NCBI GenBank assembly: GCA_951406725.2
Contig: OX597829.1
Location: 25,482,001 to 25,546,000 of the forward strand
From: Octopus vulgaris
Taxonomy: Eukaryota
DNA length: 64,000 nt
Direction of reading: 5' to 3'
The notes under the pieces were generated by a model. That model searched no databases and had not been told where the DNA came from. It saw only the letters and a program-made list of their open reading frames with translations. The position numbers were made by a program, and so were the translations under genes. The first letter of the stretch is position 1, and every line of letters begins with the position of its first letter. Shown piece after piece: positions 24,991 through 38,800 of this stretch.

Positions 24991-25719
24991 AAAGTTCTTG
25001 CGTTCGTCACTCAGCTGACTATGTTAGCTCTCTTGCAAGGAAAAAGTATAAAGGTACTTGAAATTAACCTAGAGCTATCTTGAAGGAAGATTAAAGAGAA
25101 ACAATAATGTTGAAGGTTCAGAATGCAGCCATTGAAGTGAGACCCACGGAAGAATACAACACAATCCTACTAAAAATTCTTAAATTTCCCCAAAATAACA
25201 GGAATATATCGTCTAGTATATTATAACTATATTTATAGATATCTGAACTTCCCTGTCGTTTTCCCTCGCTACTCTTAATATCTCATCGCTCAGACGACTT
25301 CAGACATTCCTCTCACCCAAAATCAGATTGTATTGTCCCCTCTTTGTTAGCCCCTTGTGGGTAATAAAAAAAAATCATCTCTATATAACTTTACATTTTC
25401 CGAATGAATATCAACTGCAGATGTTGTAACTGAAGATAAACCATATTAATCTGACCAATGAGGGATGACAAAGATTAGGATCCTATTTCTTAACCAAGTC
25501 CTAAGTATAACTATAGGCACAGGGCTTGAAAATTTGAGGGAAGGATGGCTTGGTGATTATATCGTAAAGTCAGAAGAAAAGTCGCTCAACATTTTGTCTA
25601 GCGTGCTAACAATCCTGCCAGCTCGCCGCCTTAATGATAGTAAACACAAAATATCCGATCAGTTTAAGGTACTGGCAACTCGGGCAGTCATCTGAGGCAT
25701 TACGTGTTTGGGAGCCTCA

Positions 25720-25902
25720 CAGGCCCGTCGCCAGACTTCGGTGTCTGCCAGTGTTTCAGAATATTCTGGGTATGCACTAATTTGTAACAATGTTAAAGTG
25801 GTGTTTAGAAATAAGTGTATCACTGTCAATCTGAATGATGCACCATTGAATAGTAAGGGGGGGTGGCAGTGCCATCCAGGACACCCCCTAAGCGACGGGC
25901 GT
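25720..25902. mobile_element. Small MITE-like element (Harbinger-like ends)
   Basis: AGGCCCGTCGC ... GCGACGGGCGT terminal inverted repeat (10 of 11 match). Confidence 0.4.
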
Positions 25903-27525
25903 AGAGAATCACATCATGTATTTTGGATACATGAAAATAATTAAAAAAATGTATATTTAATAAATTCAAATACAAAAACTATATTTCTATATTTGCAGGT
26001 TTTACTTTTTTCTTTTACTTGTCTTAATCACTGGATTACAACAATGCTTGGGTACAGCCTTAAAGGGCTTTAGTCGAACAAGTCGACCCCAGTAATCATT
26101 TTAAGTCTAGTACTTATTCTGTCTCTCTAAATTACAGGGACGTAAACAAACCAACATCGGTTGTCAAACGTTGGAGGAGACAAACACACGCATACCACAT
26201 ATCAGACGGGCTTCCACACAGTTTCCGCCTACCAAATTCAGTCACACTATATTGATCAGCCTGGGGCTTTAGTAGAAGACACTCAAGGTGCCGCGCAGTG
26301 TGACTGAATCCAAAGCCATATGGTTGCATAGCGAGCTTCTTAACCACATAGGCATACCTAAGCCTATTAAGAATATTCGCTAATTAAAATTAAAAAAATA
26401 AAAATGTAAAGGCATCAAAATTCAGCTTAGGCACCAGTAACCCTCGGGTGGCCAGCCCTAAGTGTTGAATATAATGTCTGAAAATACGGTTGAAAAGCTG
26501 GACGAACTATGAAAATATTGGTGACGAGAGCAATGGGTGAGTAAATTAGTTAAGCCAGAGGTTACTTGGCCGGGAAGCGATTAATATAAAGGTCACCGTT
26601 GCTTATTTAATAACACAAAGTTAGTTTGAATGAAAATACCAGCCAGAAAAATTCCTGTTTTATTTTTGCCTTAAATAATCATCTCTGTGGCAGTTATATT
26701 TTATCCCTTCCGGCTTGTAATATCTACTTTACTTTTGCTTCGAACCAGTTGATATTCCTTTCCCCTTAATACTCACCCTCCCTTACTAACTGTATGTGCT
26801 TCTAGATAATACAAACACCCACCACACACATTTACCACTTCAACCCACTGAAATCATGCTGTAATGTCGTAGCATCACCTCTACTACTTGCCCTCGCTGC
26901 CAAATATGCCCCTTACACTCCAGTAACATATCTTTGGATGGACGGCTGCTTTCTATTTTCCAACCTAATTTTCCATTTTTCTTTTCTAACTCTTTCTCCC
27001 ACTTCTATTCTCTACCATTTTGTCCAAGCTTTTTTTATTTATTTTTTTCAGAGGAGAGGCACGTAGTTCTTCAAACTAATTTTGAATACGATATATCTAA
27101 GAAGGTGGTTATTCCAAGAGAGAGAGAGAGAGAGAGAGAGAAAGGGGGAGAGAGAATGTGTGTGTAAGCTAGCAATTTAAATATAAAAAGATAAATTTTT
27201 TTTCTGCTAGTTCATGCCAGTTCAGAATAATTAAGAATAATTACAGAGAATAGCATGCAAACATTCACATATATAAGCACGCATATATTCACGCGCACGC
27301 GCGCATAAATATTTGCTTATACCCACACACACATACATATTTGTAGATATTCATATACACGCACTCACACACACATACATAAATATTTGCATATATTCAC
27401 ACAAATACATATGAATACTTGCTATGTTCACTCAAGGTTTCGTGTCTAAATTTACGAACCTTAGAATATTCCCTAACATTTTTCATGAAGTCCCTCATAA
27501 AAAAAGCAAAACAAAATGTATGCAA

Positions 27526-27621
27526 AGGTAAAGAATATGCACACCACTAGGTTTAGGCAGTTAGGTTTATGGTTAGGATTAGGATTACGTCGAAAACGGG
27601 TGGTGTGCATATTCTTTACCT
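27526..27621. mobile_element. 96-bp MITE with perfect 22-bp TIR and telomere-like core
   Basis: AGGTAAAGAATATGCACACCAC / GTGGTGTGCATATTCTTTACCT enclosing TTAGG-type repeats. Confidence 0.75.
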
Positions 27622-27996
27622 CCGCCCAAGATGTGATCATCTTTCTTAATCTTCGTAAATTATTAGACATATTTGTTTTTATATTCTTGAAAGTATTATT
27701 TTGAACCTCATATTTTTCAGTCTTTTTCAGTTGTAAGTCAAACAGAAAAAAACTTGGTGCTTGTGTTAAAATCTCCCATCTCCACCCAGCAGGATCATAT
27801 ACTATTATATGAATGACAGAAATTCGTTACTTTTGACCTAATGATTCAATACAAAAATTATAATTTCTTCACGAAGGTATTCAACAGAATCGGTGCAGTA
27901 ATATTGCAAAAAGAAATCAATATTGAAAAATTAGACTATTTCTACAAATCCAAAAGGGCAATCAGTTGGCAGAAACGATAAAGAACTAGGAGAACT

Positions 27997-28580
27997 AGGC
28001 GGGGAGCTGGCTGGCAGAAACGTTAGCACGCCAGGCGAAATGCGTAGCCGTATTTCGTCTGCCGTTACGTTCTGAGTTCAAATTCCGCCGAGGTCGACTT
28101 TGCCTTTCTTCCTTTCGGGGTCGATTAAATAAGTACCAGTTACGCACTGAGGTCGACTTAATCCGTTTGTCTGTCCTTGTTTGTCCTCTCTGTGGGTAGT
28201 AAAGAAATAGGTATCTCTGCGAGTAATAAAGAAATAGGTATTTCGTCTGCCGCTGCGTTCTGAGTTCAAATTCCGCCGAGGTTGACTTTGCCTTTCATCC
28301 TTTCGGGGTCGATTAAATAAGTACCAGTTACGCACTGGGGTCGATATAATCGACTTAATCCGTTTGTCTGTCCTCTCTGTGTTTAGCCCCTTGAGGGTAG
28401 TAAAGAAATAGGTATTTCGTCTGCCGTTACGTTCTGAGTTCAAATTTCGCCGAGGTCGACTTTCATCCTTTCGGGGTCGATAAATTAAGTACTAGTTACG
28501 CACTGGGGTCGATCTAATCGTCTTAATCTCTTTGTTTGTCCCCTCTATGTTTAGCCCCTTATGGGCAATAAAGAAATAAG
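27997..28580 (+). mobile_element. Nin/Deu-domain-like SINE with an internally triplicated body
   Basis: One head followed by three roughly 170-190-bp copies of GTTCTGAGTTCAAATTCCGCCGAGGTCGACTTTGCCTTTCATCCTTTCGGGGTCGA..AAGTACCAG. Older copies at about 50225-50650 (two), 51480-51680(-), 56465-56640 and 63880-64000. Confidence 0.8.
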
Positions 28581-31349
28581 AAACGACTATCGGTAACCCT
28601 AACCCTATTTTCAACTATCGGCAGTTTTGGTAGTTGGAATACATCTTTGAAATTGACCCTCAATGCACACTTCTTTTATCACTCGCACCTCTCTCATCAA
28701 TATATCGAACGTAAAAATTAATTACCTAATCTTTTGAACTGTCTGCACCACATGGTATCTGTATCTTTAACCATATTCCGATTCTTCAAATTCTTTTGAG
28801 TTCTTCTATATTGGGAGGTTCAATATTTTTCCAACCAAACCATGCCTTCCTACTGCACAAAGTCCTATTTCTCGCGTATCCTTTAGAACTTTAAATCAAG
28901 TAAATGATCAGAATTCCTTCGTTAGTCAAACGCTGACTAGCCTTAGAAGGAAATGTACTTCGTCTCTGACTATGCAAAACAGCTAAGGGGTCCTCCTTAC
29001 TATGTTTCTCCACAAAAAGTAAAACTGTATCTTTAAAGAGGAAAAAAACGAGATTAAGAAAAAAAAAACAAGATAATAGAACGATTGTAAATAGTTTGTA
29101 TAAACGTTCAAATGATAGGAGTGGGGCCTATGCAGCCATTTCATTTCTATTTTTATATAACATCTCATTTTCATTATATTTTTGTCCCCACTGTAGTGTT
29201 CCCTCTGTGTTGTGGTCGTAGTGCCAAAATAAAACGACATACTATGTCTTTGCACATCACTCAAACATCTAATACTCAGAGGCTCACTTGCAGATTTTCA
29301 ACAGTCGAATTTACAAACACCTGGAAACACACCAATAAAGAGTTTGTCATAACACCTGAAAGATGACCACAATAAAAACAAATGATTTCTTCCTGCAATG
29401 TACTACAGGATTTTCTGCTCCCTTGCCAAAATTCTATACGTCGGTCATCAACTAAGATGGTTTTGTAACAAGTAGTCTTGCTATGTATACTGCTTGCTTC
29501 ACATTACACAAAAAAATTGTCTCAAACATCTCCGTTTGTCTCAACATCAAGAACGCAATGCTAAAACGTCTTCGACCTGATAGAACAATGGTCCTTTCTA
29601 ATACCCTTAAACAGTGTACTTCAGAGGTAGCATTTACCAAACAACCGTTATTTATCGAGATATATTGTAAGCTGTGCGATCTTGTTTGAGTCTGTCCCAT
29701 TCTTATGAAGAGCAAACTCTCTTCTTCAACCAACTACAGCCTTGTTATTCTTATGTATAGCATCTAAAAGATGATGGAAACAAACATGCTCTTCGATCTG
29801 CTGAGGACTTACAATCATTGTACATCAGTGACAACACCCTCCTTCCACATAAACACTGCAAGATTAAGAACCGCAAAACTTCCGCCGAAATTTTCAAGGC
29901 GATATTACAGGCATATTATAGACCCATTACAAACCTTAGAAAGATGGATCCAAAGATTAGGCTTCCTTTTTAGGAACATATTATCTCAGCATTGGCTCAA
30001 GATTCACATAGGAATATTGGTCATATGTTTGCCATGGCGTTAGAACTAAGTGTAAAAACATACATAAAAAAGCTACAAATAATAGCTCATAGACATACTG
30101 TTTGTTTTCTGTTTAAACCTCAATAATGTCTGCTTCTCTGAAATAATATCTGCACATCACACCCTCATAGTTTCAAAGTAATTCCCTCATCTCTTTACAA
30201 TATCATGGGTCCTCCTTTCAGATATCACACTTAACACGTAACCTAATATTCCCCACAAACAACTAGAATTTTCGCATAGAAGCAGAGATCGATCATTTAA
30301 CCGCATCTGTCTGCCTGAGAAGGCTTGTACAGATTATAGCTTCTGCACCTTTTTCCCCGATTAAAGAAGAAAAATCCTTTCCTCTCTTGCTTTAAATTCA
30401 AATTCCGCTTTGGTCGACTTTTTGTTATTCTCTTTCTTGAGGAATGGTTACAATATGTAACACAAGTAATGAGATCAGTTGAATCGACTGTTATATTCTA
30501 CCTCCAAAAATGTACCAATAAAAAAAATTATTATGACAAAAAAGTGTTTGAATAGTGATTCACTATGTTTCCTTAGAACATTATTTTTTCACTCTTTCTT
30601 TATTAAATAACGGACAAGAACCAAATACGCTAGATTCTGTATTCCTCAAAGGAATTGAACTTATTGAACTGTTGTCCTAAATTGACTGAATGTTGCCGAC
30701 AGCGTACAACCATCACCAGTTTATTCAGATACCGGATTCAACTCAATACATAAGTTTAATTTCATTATATGCCTTAAGGAAATCAAACATTTGAACTAAA
30801 CAAGGTTAATTTAAATAAGTGAATGTTTTTCCACATCACATTCTTGTCCTCCACCACCTTTATTTTCACTATAACCGTCGACTTATAGCCCGAACCAATG
30901 TGGAAACTTCTATAGGGTGGATCGATTTACCAGAAATAGGAGTCAGATCTCCCTCAAATTACACCTTACCGCTCTGAAAAGAGCAAATCACACAATGTCG
31001 GAGAAATGGCTGGGTTGATAGTCATGGTTGGAATAACTTTAATCGTACGTACAAATTAGGGTTGCCTGGGATTAAATAACAATGTAGACAATTTATTTAA
31101 GATGTTTCAATATAGTTTAAAATGACGGTTATTTAAATGAGTAAATATTCTGAGTTTCCTCTCCCACATTACTTTAAATGAAAACACTTTCTTTGACTGT
31201 TTGTGTAACTAGATTCGGGTGAAAGACTAAAAAATAAATATATCTAACACCAGTTTTGTTGAGAAAGAGCCGTATACTGAGATTATTTCACTAGAAGCCA
31301 CGTATTTGCATAACTCGTAAATGAAAAAAAAAAAAAAGCTGTTCCTATT

Positions 31350-32314
31350 GTTAAATGATGGAATCAAATTCATCTTTTAAGATATGTAAAACACTACATA
31401 AACATCGCCGCATGTGCGTATACGTCCCGTCTTCCCCCTCCTCCCTATTGAAACAAAGCAAGTGCTCGAACAATAATAACAGAACACTGACACTAAGACG
31501 TCTATACTATATTAAACAGAAAGCAAAACGTACACCGTTAATGTCGTAAAACCACTCTCTACTTGTATCATTAGAGTCGATTAAAACGCTTTCTTATTTG
31601 ACATTATCCTAAAAGTAATTTTTAAAAGATATTCATAGAATTCGATGAAGTTTATATGGGTTTTTGATTTGGCATAAAATATTTTCTTTTGTTTAAATGT
31701 TCACTGGCAGTCAGTATGTATTTATTGTAGGTGCTGTGATGTGTGTTATCAGTTTATGGTTAGAAGTAGAACGAGGCTGTCTACTGGAGACCAAGGTGGC
31801 TATTGCTTAAGCGCGGTGCACGCATCTAGCAACACACACACAAAAATAACAAGGCGACTTCAAATATATCACTTTCTTCCGATAAATGCGAGCTTGGAGA
31901 AATATTCGGATACTCGAGAAATTGAAAGACTTGAAACATTATAGAAGGAACATCGAATTTTGTCCATGCTTGTAATACAATAAGAGCTCGAGAGGTTTAT
32001 ACAGACAGTGTATATATATATATATGAAGTTGTCTGGATGTTTTTATATTTTTCTGTTTTTTTTTCACGAAGAGGAAAATCCTTCTCTGCGAAGCAAAGT
32101 TGACCACGCTGGAATTAAAAAAAACTAAAGCGAATTTCTGAAAAGTAGAAACAGAAGTTTTCAAATAAATCAAATCCTTTTCATCTTCAGTTGGATTATG
32201 ATAACAAGTTCTTTTTCTCTTGATGATTCCCTAATGTATATAAACAAAATAGTATAAGTCTGCGTGCTTGGCGACTGTATTATACATGTGGTTGTATATG
32301 CATTTTTGAGGGAC
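31350..32314 (+). promoter_or_regulatory. Likely promoter/5'UTR of the + strand gene
   Basis: Repeat-free, CpG-retaining unique sequence directly upstream of coding exon 1. Confidence 0.4.
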
Positions 32315-32895
32315 ATGATTTTAGGCCCAGAATCTTCTATCTGTAGTTTGTCCTCCATGTCGGCAAACCCACCAGGTTTTGGTCAGTTTTCTAATAACAA
32401 CTACATGCCTGGCATAGGCAACCCATGTGTTACCCAGTTTGTCTCTCCGACTTTCTTGAACTCATCTTCAGTTTCCACGGGGACTACTAACACAGTTTCT
32501 TCTGCTGTGTCTTCACCAATCCTATCTCCCCCTTCATCATCGCAGTTATTTTTAAATTATGGGGGACTTCCCTTTGCACAGCACATCCAGACTGGTTTCA
32601 CATTTACTTCACCAACTCAGTCATATTCACTGATGGGATCGCCTTCTGGTGCAATGTTGCCCGGAGGGGTGACCGGTCCCCATTTACATCACTTGCACCA
32701 TTATAATTCTCATATTGGTGGTGGAAATTCCTACCTCCATACTTCAACAGCAACGACCCCTAGCACAGCCCCAGGAGTTGGAGTCACCTGGCAACATACT
32801 GTACCGTCATCCATGCCATGGGTTCAAGCGAATTCCATTACACCTAATCCCGTTTGTTTCAGCGATGTTATGTCCTCCTCATCTATTCTCACTGG
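32315..32895 (+). CDS. HCFC1R1(HPIP)/CCDC117-family gene, coding exon 1 (S/T/P/G/H-rich low-complexity N-terminus)
   Basis: Open frame from in-frame ATG 32315 (alternative ATG 32357, MSANPPG...) to donor GG|GTAAGC at 32896 (phase 2). Non-repetitive, higher-GC sequence containing GVTW. Confidence 0.8.
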
Positions 32896-35800
32896 GTAAG
32901 CAACGTTTATTCTTTGTTTTGCCGAGCTCCCATGTATTTACATATTTATATGCTGCAACAAACTACTTACATTTCATAATATTGTCAACTATCTAATCGT
33001 TCTTGAAGATTTCCTGTATTATTGTTTTTGTTATAATAGTCTTTTTATTTATTTGTGCTAATAAATTTTCCTTTATGCCAGCCTCATAAACAGTCCATCA
33101 CCGCAGCCACGACTAATTTATATAACAATCCACGAGGGATATCCTATAAGTGGTTGCGTCACATGCTCGAAATAACAGCCAAATGTATTTACTTCAAACC
33201 ACTAAGGCTATCCCACTCAAAAAAGAAAGACATATTGGATAATGTAGTCTAAACTACACGATACCTAAAAAAAAAAAAAAAAAGTGAGATGGTGAGCTGA
33301 CCCTTGTTGGAATAGTTTAATCATAACAGTTCAAGCACACACACACATAAAATTGATGGGACTTAACGGCCATTTTTGTTGTTGTCTGCAAGTTGATCAA
33401 CAGTACCAAATTATATACACGTATATGCAAGTATTTAGGAATGCATATAAATATCCATATTAAAGAGTATTTATGCTTGCATATATGTTTATATACACGT
33501 ACATATATAAATATATTTACACAATTTTTTTTCATATGTATATATGATGCATATATTTGCACTTATTTACCCCTTCCCCTACATGTTTGTGTATATATAA
33601 CAACCAGACATACATGATACATGACTTGTAGTTGACTAACTCCAAGTGGACGTTGTTCAGCAACTAGCCATGACCATCTTTATCATTTTAAGAATATCAA
33701 GTAGTGTATCAACCAATGTTTTCTAGTATGATAGACAGTTGAGGTACATTTGCCTGCTATTTCTAACATTTCCATTCATAATTACAAAGTTTGGATGATG
33801 TTGTTTACAGAAAGTTAGAAGTAAACTTTTTTTCTTTAATGAAGAAATCCTGTTTCTCGAGTTTAACTTTAAGAAAGACATCTTTAATATTGAAATAAGT
33901 TTATATTTTAATTACGTGTCTATTCATAATTGAAGTGGATTTATCAAGTGTTGTTGACATTGTAAGAATGAAGAAATAAAAATTTGTGGGCATTATATAC
34001 ATTTATGTATATATGTATGTCTATGCGTATGTACCTATATCTTATCTTTCTATCAAGACAGTTGCATAAGAGTAGAAATTCTAAAGTTTGGAGTCTGTAA
34101 GAACGGAAAAGGAATAGTTTCTAATAATAGTTGTAAGATTCGGAATCTGGATGCAAATGTCAAGAGATCTTGCATGAATTACAGGAAATAACATGGTAAA
34201 CTTTGCAGAGGAGACAAAATGAAAAATATGGCATCGGTTGAAGAATAAATAAGAAGGTAGATTTGAGTAAATAAAGAATTTGCCAGAATTTTAGCAGTTT
34301 CTTTGGAACAGCTAAAATAAAAATTATTATGAATAAACTTCAACTGAAAATTTGCCATTGAAAAGGTTTTTGAAGAAAATATGTAATTTCCTTTTTGTTC
34401 ACGTTAATTTAGCACGTGGCATAATATCCCGGTAAACTGAAGATTTGGCTGAGAAATAAAGTTATAGAAAAGACTGTTTCACTTCTACACATTGACTACA
34501 TATATATAAATGGCTATATTTTTAAATGATACAAAATTAAATCGGTTATTTAGTGAAATATTTCTGTAACTTCTTCTGGATTTAATTTACTCGTAATATT
34601 ATTGTTATTATTATTAGCAGCAGCAGCTCATGTTTTAGTCTAGTGGGTTACGGTATTTTGGCTGATTTATTTCATATTTTGATTCGTTTAAACCGTTGTG
34701 GAATTACTTGGTAGAGGTTCTACAAATAAAAGGACTATTTGTAGCGATTTTATGTTTATTTACGGGACTTTTGGTCCTAAGCTATTTTAAAATTATCAAT
34801 TGTGAATTTCAAATTAAACGTTCAGATTTCATATCTCGGATATAAGTAAATAACCCCCCATAATAATAATAATAATAATAATAAAACCTCTGGTGTTTGT
34901 ATTTAATTTTCGAGTTACGTTTTACCACTTATATTTGAATCCATATCTAAGTATATTTGATAATTACTAATTAAATGATTTCATTTCATTTCGTTTTTTT
35001 TTTTTTTTTGTTTGTTCTTGTTTTTCTTTTCTCTTTGGAAATGCCAGATAACAACAGTGCTGCTCTTTTGACATTCTGTTTCTTATTGGGGAAGTAGAAC
35101 TGAAGAAAAAGATAAAATCCGAACAAGTTGTCTGAATTTATATCATAGTAGTAACTGTTGTTCACGTATCCATGATAAGGTTAGACTTGCTGGACGGCTG
35201 TCTGAGCGATATATAAAAATTATTTTGCTGTAAAATTTCTGTAAATTAAGCTGTTATACTCTTATAATACTGAAAAATACCCAACATCATAGTATTTTTC
35301 AGTTATAGCTTATATTTAAAACCTTCACCCTAAATAATATTGCTGCTAACGTGTGTATTTGATCCTTTAAATAGTGGATTTCAATAAACTCTGATTAATG
35401 TTCAGGTGAATTAGTCAATTTGTGTCAGTGGGTATCTGACTCATTAAAATTTCTGACTATATTTTATAGAAACAAAGGCCTGTTACTTACATTATTAGAT
35501 GGATATTTTACTGTAAAGTTTTGCTATACATTAAAATCTGCTGATAAAGGAAGTTTTATAATGTTAACACCATTTTATATATATAGATTGACAATATATG
35601 TTCTTCGAGATCCAGTTCCAAACAAAGATGTTTTTTTAATTTTTTTTTTTTATAAAACCCAAACAATGCAAGTTGATGGTTTGTACTTTTACTTTATATT
35701 TCTATATTTTGGTGCTAGGACCTCTTCTGGAAATCTTTGGAGAAGTCAGCTTACAAGCACCATTTATCTAAAGAAGGAAGGGATCCTAACACTTGAAATA

Positions 35801-38800
35801 TTGAAATACAAGTTAAAAGTACAAACTGTCGATTTGTATTATTTCTTATAACTTGTTTTAGTTTTATAAAAACAAAATTAAAAGCATTTATTTATCAGAC
35901 AGTGTTTCATGCTAACTATACTATTTAATACACACACACAGACAAAGGTTAAAATTTTTTAATTTGAACCTCTTTCTTAGCTGTCTTCATTTAAATATAA
36001 TTTCATTTATGTTGGATATATAAAGTCAAAATCGTTTTTATTAACCTAAATTCTTTCATATCCTAAAACAAAGTTGTGTGTTATGAATTAGCACTTTTCC
36101 TTTATTTTTGTGCCTGCCTTTTGGCTATCAACTAATAGATCCTTGGTAAATTGAAAAATATAACCTAACAGAACAGGGCCTTTGTAAAAATTGATTTGTG
36201 TGTATTGTTGGAAGAGTTGTATTTTGGATTGTCTGCCTATTTGGATCTGATGAAAAAGTGTTAGCAGTAAAGAAATTTAGACTGAGCCAAAGAGTTAAGC
36301 ACCCAGTTCATAGACATTAATTCTAAGGTTTGATTTTTAGGAATATGCGATCAATAATTCAGTGTTAACCTCAATGCCATTTTTTTAAATGGAATATTTA
36401 ACAACTTGTCATGATGGAGATGTCAATAACTATTAAAAGGCTGTCAACTTAATTAGCACCAGCTGTTTGTCTGTCTGTCTCTCTCTCCCCTTCTCTCTCT
36501 CTCATATATATCATCATTTAACATCCGTTATCTATGCTAGAATGGGGTGGACAGTTTGACATGAGCTGACTAGCTGAGGGGCTATTCAAGCTCCCTGTCT
36601 GTTTTGGTATGGCTGGATGAACTTCCTAATGCCAGCCACTTTACAGAGTGTACTGGGTGCTTTTATGCAACACTGGCATGGGTGTTTTTTATGTGGTACC
36701 AGCACTTATGAGCCTGCAAGATTAGGGATGCTTAGCTGGGGAAGACTACAGTGGATATATATGTCGTCCCACCTATGCTAGCATGGAACATGGAGTTTAA
36801 ATGATGATGATTATAAAGTGACACCCCATTCTTGACATATTGGATGTTTTAGTTCTCTTTTAAAGCTGCTAGGTGTAGTATATCTCTGTACATTTAAACT
36901 CTACACAACTTAAATGAAACTGTACTGCCATTTTTTTTAAAGAATGGTCTATCATTCTTTCAGGAATTTCCAATCACCATTGATCACCATCATCATTTGG
37001 CATCTGTGTTCCAAACTAGCATGGGCTCGACTGTTTTGATGATCCAATGGCTCAAGGATTGCATTATTGTGTGCCATAGTCTTGCTCTTGCATGGTTTCA
37101 ATGGATGGATACTTTTCCTAATACCTGCAACCACTTTACAATATGCAGTAGATGCTTTTTTTTTTTTTTCATGCCACCAGCACTAATGAGGTGGCCATAC
37201 AGCTTGTAATACTATGAACCCATTGATAATCAGCTTTAATGCTAGAAGAGGAAATAAAGCTTGAGAGGCGGGCTTTAATCCTTCATCCCCTAGCATAAAC
37301 GGTATTACATATTATTTCTATGGCTTGATTCTCTTCCTATCATCAACCACCTTACAGTATGTACTGGGTGCATTTAATCTTAGCACTAGCACTAGAGAAC
37401 TTACAATGTTCCTGATAAGACTGAACAGTCCTACATTCTCTTCTTTCTGTGATCTGAATGAGAGGATTGTCTCATCCTTGGCAAGACTAAAGAGACACCT
37501 CTCTTTTCTTTGTTGTTTCTGCATTCGTCCTTTTTGTTTTGCACACAACTGAATGAGAAGAGAGTGAGAGATAAGTGTTTTAAAGAGCGGTAGACAGGTT
37601 ATGATTATTGGTAAGGAGCTTGTATAGAAACAGTATGAGTGGTGTGGTGGTAGTGGTAGGAGTGTGAGAAGAATAACTATGGAAAGACCAAGATGATGCA
37701 GTTTAATGTTGCAATCCAATGTTTCAACTTCATCAGAGAGTAGAAGTGTGGACAGACAATTTCTCTTATGTTGGCAGTGTGATAAGTTGTCAAAAGAATG
37801 TGTGTGCAAATGTGATGAGAAACAGTTGTCCTGCCAAGAAGGTTTGGTTATACAGTGCAATACTTCTCTGAATGGTTTTGCATGATAATGAACTATGGAA
37901 AATGTCAGACATTCTACTAATGAAACCTGTAGAAAAATCCTCAAAGTTACTTGGTGAAATAGAATTGCAAGTGAAGAAATTTTTCTTCAAAGCTTATTCC
38001 AGCTGCTGTGAAACCTAGTACTGAGTTGATTTCACGTTGTGGGGGTTATATTTTGTGCTTATCAGCCATTCTGCAAGCAGTGATGACAACGATATGGACA
38101 TTAAAAAATGGCCAATCAAGGAACACCTGATACCAGATATTTCATAAAGATCTCAAATGGTTGAGAACCATTTGAACAGGAGCAAAAAAGAACTGGCAGA
38201 TTCCAGTCTTATTGCTTGTTGCCTTATGTATCTCAATAAATGGGAGGAAGTAAGTCAAATGTGAGAGAGTGTAATGGATAAAAATGATGATGGGTGATGT
38301 TAAGGGTGGAGGTGATGGGTGAGAGGAGAGGAAGTAATGAGTGTGAGAGTGATTTAATACAGAAATCCAATGCAGTGCTGTTCCTTGTTACGTGAGTAAT
38401 GTGATGGGAGGTGTGAAAGAGTAATGAAGAGGGGGTGGAGAATGATATGTATTCAGATGTATCTGTATATCTATATATATATATATATTTATTCCATTAT
38501 TAGTTTCAGCCAGAGGCTGTGGCCATCCTGGGGCAATGGAAATGATCCAAATATAGATTGCATCTCCATCCTTGTTTTAATGATTTCCCCGCCATACTTA
38601 CTTGGAACAATTAGCCACTTTGCTGGTGGGATTCACCTTGGAATTTGTCTTCACCATTTAGTTTTCCTTGATCTCTTTCTCTCTTCTACATGTTCTATTC
38701 TCTTGGAGTGTCCAACACTTCTTTATACCTCTGTTATTACCCTCACACATCACATATCTATACAGGCACAATCTCTCTTGCACACTACATCTGATTCCTC

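Noticed and set aside
27997-28580. Regular direct repeats resembling a CRISPR or regulatory array
   Set aside because: Units are about 175-bp SINE bodies with no unique spacers; eukaryotic context with no cas genes.
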